DNA from: a virus
Lineage: Duplodnaviria > Caudoviricetes
Direction: 5' to 3' (one strand)
Length of the DNA stretch: 64,000 nt
Virus record (IMG/VR): IMGVR_UViG_3300042268_000564
Positions 57,502 through 64,000 of this stretch are shown here, in pieces. The notes below the pieces were generated by a model, which was given only the letters and a program-made list of their open reading frames with translations, was not told where the DNA came from and searched no databases. The translations under genes were made by a program, and so were the position numbers. Each line of letters begins with the position of its first letter. Position 1 is the stretch's first letter.

Positions 57502-58011
57502 ATGTGGAACTTCGTAAATGTGTCGATGGTGACTCGTAGTGGATTAAAGATAAACTACAACTATCGTTTAAAGATAAGTTCAGACCTTGAGTTGGTTAAT
57601 CTTTTTTTTAATACACCATTTGGTCGAGAAAATTATGCAGGTGGTTTTATTGCTCATAAATTAGAAAAGGTTCGTCCCGGCAAGTTATGCGAATGGACTG
57701 GGTCACGCTGTTTGTTCGACATGCAAGCAAGACTCGAAGAATTTAGGGTCATGGACGCAAAAGCAACCTTTGCCGCAGAAAGCCCTTTCGCTACACCAGA
57801 CCAACTCGAACTCTTGAAAAAAGACGCTCGTAAGCGTACGGCTTTGGAAATTGATACAAGTATTACTATCACCGTGTTTAAACAAATGAGTGAAGCCATA
57901 AAAAAGTATGGAGCGATTTATTTGGCTGAAGAAGGTGCCTATTTCCCCCATTCTGAGGATATAATAATTCATAAGCAGAAAAAATCTAAGGAACTAAAAT
58001 GGGACTTTTAA
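57502..58011 (+). CDS. Hypothetical protein
   Basis: ORF in operon. Confidence 0.55.
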   Translation: MWNFVNVSMVTRSGLKINYNYRLKISSDLELVNLFFNTPFGRENYAGGFIAHKLEKVRPGKLCEWTGSRCLFDMQARLEEFRVMDAKATFAAESPFATPDQLELLKKDARKRTALEIDTSITITVFKQMSEAIKKYGAIYLAEEGAYFPHSEDIIIHKQKKSKELKWDF

Positions 58012-58581
58012 ATGCAGCTCTATACTTGGCAAGCTATTGATTTTAACCTTGTTTCTGACAAGTCTGACTTAAACTTGTCGCCCTGTTACATGGATGAACA
58101 TAAAGAATTCCGAGAAACATTCCAAAAAGCTTATGATTATCTTTTTGACAGGATTGGCAGACGAGACAATATTTGGTGCTATGGTGCACCAATAATTAAC
58201 GCCAACAAAAATAATAAATTACAATCGTTTAAAAATGAGCGGCTTTGGGTATTAGATGTGCCCGACAAACATATTATTGCCATTGATTCTGATATTTGGG
58301 ACTTTGCTCTGAACAATTGGTATTATCTCAAAGACGAAGTCTACGATGCTCTTTATGGGCATGTTGATGAAAAAGATGAAGATAGGATTGATGAGGCACT
58401 TGCCAGTATTTATGATAAAGACCCTAGAAAATCCTACAAGGATTTGATAAAGCCACTGAAGAAGGCTAACCAATTTCACGACCAGTTTTTAATTCCTTCT
58501 CCCATTAAGAAGAGTTGGGTGGTAAGGACTTTTGTTGTTAATGCAGAGGAGCGAATTTGTGGCGGCAAAAAAAGAAAATAA
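58012..58581 (+). CDS. DUF3841-like protein
   Basis: LYTWQ...AY.YL..RIG...W...LDVPD.....D.DIW..ALNNWY. Confidence 0.5.
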   Translation: MQLYTWQAIDFNLVSDKSDLNLSPCYMDEHKEFRETFQKAYDYLFDRIGRRDNIWCYGAPIINANKNNKLQSFKNERLWVLDVPDKHIIAIDSDIWDFALNNWYYLKDEVYDALYGHVDEKDEDRIDEALASIYDKDPRKSYKDLIKPLKKANQFHDQFLIPSPIKKSWVVRTFVVNAEERICGGKKRK

Positions 58582-58915
58582 GGACATTAGGGCTGATTTC
58601 ATCACTAACATCATGAAAGACTGGAAAGACCTTGACGACGCTTTCATGACTCGAAGGCTAGACAAGACAGAGAAAGAAAAACTCTATGATTATATCGGCA
58701 AACATTTTACAGAGGCGATAAATAAGCTTGATGAATTTGAGCAACTTTTTTATGTTGCGATTGGTTATTACGCCGTAGTAACTAATAATCCGAAAGTGAT
58801 GTTGGATACAGCACGTTATATTATGAATAATAAAGATTTGAATGATGAGCTTCGGCAATTAGCGGCAAAGAAATACAGCGAATGGCTGAAAGCCTCTTAC
58901 ATCAAAGTACAATAG
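58532..58915 (+). CDS. Hypothetical protein
   Basis: ORF; exact start uncertain. Confidence 0.5.
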   Translation: MLLMQRSEFVAAKKENKDIRADFITNIMKDWKDLDDAFMTRRLDKTEKEKLYDYIGKHFTEAINKLDEFEQLFYVAIGYYAVVTNNPKVMLDTARYIMNNKDLNDELRQLAAKKYSEWLKASYIKVQ

Positions 58916-58941
58916 ATATAAATCAAGGCAAGGGAAACAGA

Positions 58942-59265
58942 ATGGATTTAATTAATTGCGAACATTGTAGTAGAGCATTTCGACCACATACATCATTGCA
59001 AAGATATTGTCCTGATAAGTTGTGTCAAAGAGCAAGAAAAACAAATGCCGCACATTTAAGAGCGCAGCGGGTTGATTTGCCAGAAGAAAAGTCTGACAAT
59101 GCCGGATTCATAAAGTTAAAAGCTGAGAATGAACAATTAAAGACAGAGAATGAGCAGCTTAAAAAGGGACTGGCAGATTATAAAGGCAGGTTCGAGCTTT
59201 GCTATAGCAAGTTTGTTATGGTGCATGGTGCTTATAAATATGCTGTTGAGGTAGGCAATGTATGA
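58942..59265 (+). CDS. Zinc-finger + coiled-coil protein
   Basis: CEHC...YC....CQ then heptads. Confidence 0.55.
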   Translation: MDLINCEHCSRAFRPHTSLQRYCPDKLCQRARKTNAAHLRAQRVDLPEEKSDNAGFIKLKAENEQLKTENEQLKKGLADYKGRFELCYSKFVMVHGAYKYAVEVGNV

Positions 59266-59597
59266 ATGTGTTAAAAGATTGGACTATTGAAGAGCATGGG
59301 AAAGGTTGGGCACTTTATTCAGGCAGAGGCATACCTTGTTTTAGCGACATTCCCGGAGTTGGCATTGCCTGTGGTTCTCACGGAATGAATCTTGTTTATT
59401 TGACTGAGCCAGATAGAAATTTCCCAGAAGTAAAAAAATTGATTGAAGGTGCGCCAGAATTGTTGCAAGCACTTTATGCGACTCATCGTTCATTGCTGGA
59501 AAATCCAGATTATTTAAAAAGCAAACAAGGACAAGACAATGCCAAGCTATTAGCAGGTTTGTCTGATTGTCTTGCGAAACAAGGAGTAAAACCATGA
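59262..59597 (+). CDS. Hypothetical protein
   Basis: LIEGAPELLQAL motif typical of small phage proteins. Confidence 0.55.
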   Translation: MNVLKDWTIEEHGKGWALYSGRGIPCFSDIPGVGIACGSHGMNLVYLTEPDRNFPEVKKLIEGAPELLQALYATHRSLLENPDYLKSKQGQDNAKLLAGLSDCLAKQGVKP

Positions 59598-59842
59598 TTT
59601 TTACTGTAAGATTTGAACATCCACAAGTAGGTAACAAAGGGTCAGCAGTTTATTTGAATGTGGATGCTACAGATATGGCAGATGCAATTAAAAAGGCCAG
59701 AGCCGATAAAAGATTTGCAGAAGCTGTTGAAGAATATAACCACCCAGATTCCCCCATAACAGATTCGTTATTTATTGCTTATGCTTCGCCTACTCGTAAA
59801 GCTGGTGAGTTTATGCATTTTGATGGTGACCCTCGACTATGA
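59594..59842 (+). CDS. Hypothetical protein
   Basis: AAGGAG RBS, ATGA coupling. Confidence 0.55.
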   Translation: MIFTVRFEHPQVGNKGSAVYLNVDATDMADAIKKARADKRFAEAVEEYNHPDSPITDSLFIAYASPTRKAGEFMHFDGDPRL

Positions 59843-60129
59843 CTTTGATGGCACTGTTTTTTTTATTGTTCATCGTTTATTGCGTGAGAGAAATTGTTCT
59901 CTCTCGGCGTTCTTATAAGTTTTGGGTGGACATTAGAAAAGAGATGGTCGAGAAATACGAAGAATATTACAATGATGTTACTGTTATAGATGCAGCATTC
60001 TCCACGTCAAATGATTCTGACGAGAAAAAGGTTCTTGCTGGCAAAAGAATGGCTAGGATGGATGAATATGATGAATACCTTAGAGGTGTGGACAAACGTA
60101 TGCAAGAAAAGTTGAGCGGCAAAAGATGA
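59839..60129 (+). CDS. Membrane-anchored hypothetical protein
   Basis: N-terminal TM. Confidence 0.55.
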   Translation: MTLMALFFLLFIVYCVREIVLSRRSYKFWVDIRKEMVEKYEEYYNDVTVIDAAFSTSNDSDEKKVLAGKRMARMDEYDEYLRGVDKRMQEKLSGKR

Positions 60130-60299
60130 AAAAAGTTGTAATTGAAAATCTGATGTTGGAAAAAACAAATGATGATTATTTCAGCATTAACACCCATGAC
60201 AGAAAGGGTAATTCAATTAAGATTGAAATCACTGCGAAGACAGCTCTTGAAATCGCAAGAGTGTTTCTTAATTGGGTGTGTGCAGCGTGGTTAGAATAA
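60126..60299 (+). CDS. 57-aa hypothetical protein (below ORF-track cutoff)
   Basis: MKKVVIENLM...VCAAWLE, ATGA coupling, fills operon gap. Confidence 0.55.
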   Translation: MKKVVIENLMLEKTNDDYFSINTHDRKGNSIKIEITAKTALEIARVFLNWVCAAWLE

Positions 60300-60303
60300 G
60301 AGC

Positions 60304-60495
60304 ATGACATGCAATAAATGTGGTAGCACACTGACTGCGCCGACTAGAAACGGCTTGCTCACAGAAATGATGTGTCATAAACATCTGCAAGGTGACAAGT
60401 CTCACACAGCTTTTCAGGTTTTTGACCCTGAAGGCAAAATATTTGACACATTCTGTCCAAGAATGGAATTTTTCGTAGTAGAACGCAAGGAGTGA
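60304..60495 (+). CDS. Small Cys/His protein
   Basis: CNKC...C...H...C. Confidence 0.5.
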   Translation: MTCNKCGSTLTAPTRNGLLTEMMCHKHLQGDKSHTAFQVFDPEGKIFDTFCPRMEFFVVERKE

Positions 60496-60499
60496 TGAG

Positions 60500-61519
60500 A
60501 TGAAAGTTTATAAGACGCCTGCGGGTGAACATGGATTGATTTTGCAGGAGGGGACAGATGATTTTCGTTTGTTTCAGAATTTTCTGGCAACAACGGGTAA
60601 GAATTTGCCTGATACCAGATTAAAGATGCTATTTGAAAAGATGCAGTCTGCTTATCAGAATGCCGAAAATAAGACCGACGCTCCAGCAACGCCAGCAAAT
60701 GTTGTGAGTCAGGGGTATTCAACTCAAACAAATCAGAAGCTTGATGTTATAAGTCAGAAGATTGATTCGGTGATTCGTGCTATCGGTGGCATTGGGAATA
60801 TTAATCCTGCTGCTGCGAAAATTGACTTGTCAGCTCTTGAAGGTGCGATTGCTCGCATGGAAAAAACTATTGGCAATCAACTTGTTGTAAAGATGGAAGC
60901 CCTAACCGAGGGTGTAAGTTTTAACAATCTTTGTGTCGACATTAAAGATATCGTAAAGAAAGAGGTTGCTGAAATAAAATCAACCGTTCAGCAATTATCT
61001 GCATATCACAAACAGATTGACGCAATTAATAATATTGATATTGGTTCGACTCAGTTGCTGCCATCTGCTACGCAAGTGGAATCTATTGTGACTCAGGCTG
61101 CTGCTGATGAATATAAGGCGACAAAAAGGGCAATTGAAGAAGCCAGAACTGAACATGCAAGTGTTGATGAGATAAAAAAGGAAGATGAGGATAAAACCCT
61201 TCCTCGACTTAACCCCGGCGAATCTGTTGATAAAGTAACAATGGAAGATTTTACTAATCCTGCCGAAGATGAAGCAGTTGTACAGGAAGATATTATTCGC
61301 TATCCTGCCAGAAAGAAAAAGAATACTAGACCAAAGTGTTATGGGAATTTTGATTCTACTGATGAATCCCCTTGCAGGTCTTGCGCTTGGGTGAATGATT
61401 GTTCGCTGAATGAGCCAGTTAAGGAAACAAATAAGCCGGGATGTTATGGGCAGTATAAAGCTGATTTGAGGTGTGGTAGCTGTCCTGAAAGTAATGGCTG
61501 CATGAACGACTCGATGTGA
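60500..61519 (+). CDS. Coiled-coil protein with two C-terminal Cys-rich repeats
   Basis: PKCYG..C..C...C and PGCYG..C..C....C. Confidence 0.6.
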   Translation: MKVYKTPAGEHGLILQEGTDDFRLFQNFLATTGKNLPDTRLKMLFEKMQSAYQNAENKTDAPATPANVVSQGYSTQTNQKLDVISQKIDSVIRAIGGIGNINPAAAKIDLSALEGAIARMEKTIGNQLVVKMEALTEGVSFNNLCVDIKDIVKKEVAEIKSTVQQLSAYHKQIDAINNIDIGSTQLLPSATQVESIVTQAAADEYKATKRAIEEARTEHASVDEIKKEDEDKTLPRLNPGESVDKVTMEDFTNPAEDEAVVQEDIIRYPARKKKNTRPKCYGNFDSTDESPCRSCAWVNDCSLNEPVKETNKPGCYGQYKADLRCGSCPESNGCMNDSM

Positions 61520-61520
61520 G

Positions 61521-61763
61521 GTGCTTATGACTACAAAAATCATATTTAATGACAATGTAGATGTTGTAGTTATCAGGAAAGCAATGGGGCTTGGTGTAGA
61601 CTCATTTGCAGCTATTATGGGTGTTTCAAAGCGTATGGTTGATGATTGGGAAAAAGGCAGAAAGTCGCCAAAGGGAGCAGCTAAGAATCTTTTGATTGTT
61701 GCCAGAGAAAATCCTGATATGGTGAAAGAAGTATTGTTAAATACAGTAAAAATTGAACGGTAA
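61521..61763 (+). CDS. XRE-family HTH protein (HigA/MqsA antitoxin-like)
   Basis: IRKAMGL....FA..MGVS...V..WE.GRKSPKGAA..LL. Confidence 0.8.
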   Translation: MLMTTKIIFNDNVDVVVIRKAMGLGVDSFAAIMGVSKRMVDDWEKGRKSPKGAAKNLLIVARENPDMVKEVLLNTVKIER

Positions 61764-61777
61764 TTATTGATATAATT

Positions 61778-61806
61778 AAAAGCCCTGCGATTGCGGGGCT
61801 TTTTTT
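61778..61806 (+). terminator. Intrinsic terminator (paralogous to 40793-40817)
   Basis: AAAAGCCCTGC-gatt-GCGGGGCTTTT. Confidence 0.8.
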
Positions 61807-61848
61807 ATTGTAAAGTATTGACTAAAGAATGTTACAGGAGTGTTCAGT

Positions 61849-62601
61849 ATGGTCAAAGGTGACATAAAAGCTACGAAGGTTTCTGATAATAGTATCACTC
61901 TTGGCAAGCAACCAGCGGGTGTAGCCAAGAGATATGGTGCGCCAGTTAAAGCTGCGCTTGATAAAGCCGCAGCTAAGGGCAGCAAGCTTAATAAAACAGC
62001 ACTTATGGCTCTTTTGACTACAAGGGGTAGTAAACTTACTCCTGAGAAGGCGGCTAAAATTGTATTGCAAGTGTTTAAAAATGCAAAACCTACTATAAAG
62101 ATTAATACTTCCGCTATTTTTAAGAACAAAACTAATCAAATGAGCGTGAATGAGATTATTGGAAATAATAGTAAGGTTCAACAGAAAGAATATGACCAAA
62201 AGTTGATGATGGGTAAATATGTGGATAGTCTTTCTAGGAATGAACAACGACGCATGTTACAGGTTTTGCATGATGGTTTTAACGGTGACAAACTTGATAT
62301 GGCAGGACTTTCTAAGAATATTAATGAGACAGCAACGATTCTTAAAGGTTTATATAAAAATAGTGGCTTAGACCCTTTGCAATATCAGGGAGCTGTGCAA
62401 GTTGACTTGTTTAAAGCATTGGGCGGGAGATTTGAGGGGAAAAAAGCAGTAATGCCGGGGAAGCTAGTAACGTCATCATCTGAGTCACCTTTTAAAAATG
62501 TTAATATGACATCTTATAAGACAGACCCATTTAAGGCTTTTGCAGAACGCATGGCATCTTTAGCGACAAAAACTGCTGTTAAAAAAAACAGAAATGACTG
62601 A
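61849..62601 (+). CDS. Shared-N-terminus family member 5
   Basis: ATG at 61849 after AGGAG; conserved N-terminal domain, AIFKNKTNQ motif. Confidence 0.75.
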   Translation: MVKGDIKATKVSDNSITLGKQPAGVAKRYGAPVKAALDKAAAKGSKLNKTALMALLTTRGSKLTPEKAAKIVLQVFKNAKPTIKINTSAIFKNKTNQMSVNEIIGNNSKVQQKEYDQKLMMGKYVDSLSRNEQRRMLQVLHDGFNGDKLDMAGLSKNINETATILKGLYKNSGLDPLQYQGAVQVDLFKALGGRFEGKKAVMPGKLVTSSSESPFKNVNMTSYKTDPFKAFAERMASLATKTAVKKNRND

Positions 62602-63262
62602 TGAACAAAAAGCTATTGCTATGGGACAAGTAATGAAGGCTACTAGTAAGTTATTGGGTGAGAAGATTGAAGGCAATTTCAATAAAAGTGTAACAGGTGA
62701 AAATAAAGGTCGACCTTTCGATAAAGGGATGAAAATTGATTTTGAGAAGAATATAGCTACAGAGATAGAGAGAGCGGTAGCTGCTATGAACAAAGAAAAG
62801 GGCACAACGAAACAGGAAAATCTTGGTGAGAGACTGGATAGATTGGCAAAAGAAAGAGATAACAAAAAATCCAAGGACGAAAAGAGTAGCGATAGAAAAT
62901 TATGGTCTGACAAAAAATTAGCGTCTACTCTTAAACGGACAATAAGTCGCAGGCAAACTATTGTGAATAAGAATGAGCAGAATCAAACTGTTGACCATTA
63001 TAAAGTGCAGGACGGGACGGTAACAAATAAGTGGGGCGAAGCACAGTCTAGTGCAGAAACCATGCAGGGAATATTGGAGAGCATTTCAAAAGGTGTGGGT
63101 GGGAACAGCCCTAAGATGGTAGCATTGAGAGAAAAGGCTAGACAATGGGCTTACGATTTCTTTGATTCGTCAAGCCAACATACTGATAAACAAGTGCAGG
63201 ATAAGCTTGCAAAATCCGCAGAAGCTATAAGGAAAGAATTTGATTCGTTAACTAAAAAATAA
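62594..63262 (+). CDS. Hypothetical charged helical protein
   Basis: ORF coupled to upstream gene. Confidence 0.6.
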   Translation: MTDEQKAIAMGQVMKATSKLLGEKIEGNFNKSVTGENKGRPFDKGMKIDFEKNIATEIERAVAAMNKEKGTTKQENLGERLDRLAKERDNKKSKDEKSSDRKLWSDKKLASTLKRTISRRQTIVNKNEQNQTVDHYKVQDGTVTNKWGEAQSSAETMQGILESISKGVGGNSPKMVALREKARQWAYDFFDSSSQHTDKQVQDKLAKSAEAIRKEFDSLTKK

Positions 63263-63338
63263 GTTGACAGATTGTAATAACTCTTTTATTTTTGACCTAT
63301 GACCTTGGGGCTATGTTTTACCAAAGGACGGAGAAAAG

Positions 63339-63443
63339 ATGAAAGATTTGACAAAATTACAAAATCAACTGGTTAAGGATATTTACAAGCAATTAAGCTG
63401 TAAAAAAGACAAAAACGGCACTATTGTCGTAGGCAAGAGCTAA
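63339..63443 (+). CDS. Possible 34-aa peptide
   Basis: GGAG RBS, MKDLTKLQNQLVKDIYKQLSCKKDKNGTIVVGKS, ends at terminator. Confidence 0.35.
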   Translation: MKDLTKLQNQLVKDIYKQLSCKKDKNGTIVVGKS

Positions 63444-63446
63444 AGC

Positions 63447-63479
63447 AAAAAGAGAGGCATGAAAAGCCTCTCTTTTTTT
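63447..63479. terminator. Bidirectional terminator
   Basis: AAAAAGAGAGGC...GCCTCTCTTTTT between convergent genes. Confidence 0.8.
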
Positions 63480-63489
63480 ATCGGACGAA

Positions 63490-63774
63490 TTATTTGGTGA
63501 TAATCTGTCTGAAGCTTGCCTGATTTTTTTCAAGGTCGGCAATGATTGCTCTTACATCAAGAGCTTTCGTATCCAAAGTAGCTTTTTGCTTCTTTAAATT
63601 TTCCAACAAAGTTTCTTCTGCCTGCTTTTCTTTTGAAAGGCGGGCGATGTTAGTTTCAGCGGTTTTGATTTTTTCCTCAACTTCCGTGATTGCATTTGCG
63701 GTGTCTTTATTGAGTGTCCTGAAATACTGGTAAGTATCACTATTGATAGTGCTTACTTCAAAATCATTTGGCAT
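63490..63774 (-). CDS. Coiled-coil hypothetical protein
   Basis: AAGGAG RBS. Confidence 0.6.
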   Translation of the reverse strand: MPNDFEVSTINSDTYQYFRTLNKDTANAITEVEEKIKTAETNIARLSKEKQAEETLLENLKKQKATLDTKALDVRAIIADLEKNQASFRQIITK

Positions 63775-63815
63775 GATTATTTCTCCTTTTAAGGTTGACT
63801 CTCTTTATAATACCA

Positions 63816-64000
63816 TTATGGATTTTTCATAAAATCAATTACAGGCTGTAGTTCATAACAGATTCCACATTCAGGCAGCGAATCCAACACAGCGTTGCTA
63901 TAACCCTTTTTGAACCTGCTACTTGGATTAAGTCTTGAATCAAGTATTACTACCACGCCTCTGTCTCGCTTTGTTCTTATAAGTCTTCCAAAGCCTTGTC
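63816..64000 (-). CDS. dinG: 3' end of a DinG/YoaA-family helicase (truncated by window edge; not in ORF track)
   Basis: Minus frame from 63998: QGFGRLIRTKRDRGVVVILDSRL...Y....LDSLP, helicase motif VI of DinG family. Confidence 0.85.
   Translation of the reverse strand, partial: QGFGRLIRTKRDRGVVVILDSRLNPSSRFKKGYSNAVLDSLPECGICYELQPVIDFMKNP

Noticed and set aside
1-64000. Alternative genetic code (stop-codon reassignment)
   Set aside because: Long genes are intact under code 11 and coding density is high with no systematic in-frame breaks.
1-64000. Transposase, integrase, reverse transcriptase/DGR or homing endonuclease
   Set aside because: No DDE, tyrosine/serine recombinase, YxDD, HNH or GIY-YIG motifs recognised; tag-family differences are not adenine-specific.

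Overview
A 64-kb segment of a large (probably jumbo) dsDNA tailed-phage genome, ~AT-rich, standard genetic code, almost all genes on the + strand. 1-9.7 kb: end of a tail/virion module (FN3-like protein, tail-fibre-like proteins, two HExxH proteins). 9.7-27 kb: replication/recombination module (UvsY-like, DnaE-type Pol III alpha, SF2 helicase, AbrB-like regulator, holin-like protein, SSB, M16 peptidase, SbcD/SbcC). 27-64 kb: a mosaic accessory region of short transcription units with DnaG primase, two metallophosphoesterases, a tRNA nucleotidyltransferase with a eukaryote-type head plus HD domain, DUF5675-type peptidoglycan hydrolase candidate, ClpP, a TROVE/DUF2828-like vWA protein, an extremely acidic protein, an orphan HTH and the 3' end of a DinG helicase. 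Most notable unannotated structure: (1) two copies of a small structured RNA with compensatory base changes, one a stand-alone transcript and one in the leader of the vWA gene where it can switch a terminator; (2) five dispersed genes sharing a basic N-terminal domain plus an NK[ST]N motif fused to unrelated cargo domains; (3) three separate promoter classes, including 15 sigma70-type promoters that all have a 16-bp spacer. No tRNA, rRNA, CRISPR array or IS element was found. All family assignments are from motif recognition by eye and need HMM confirmation.
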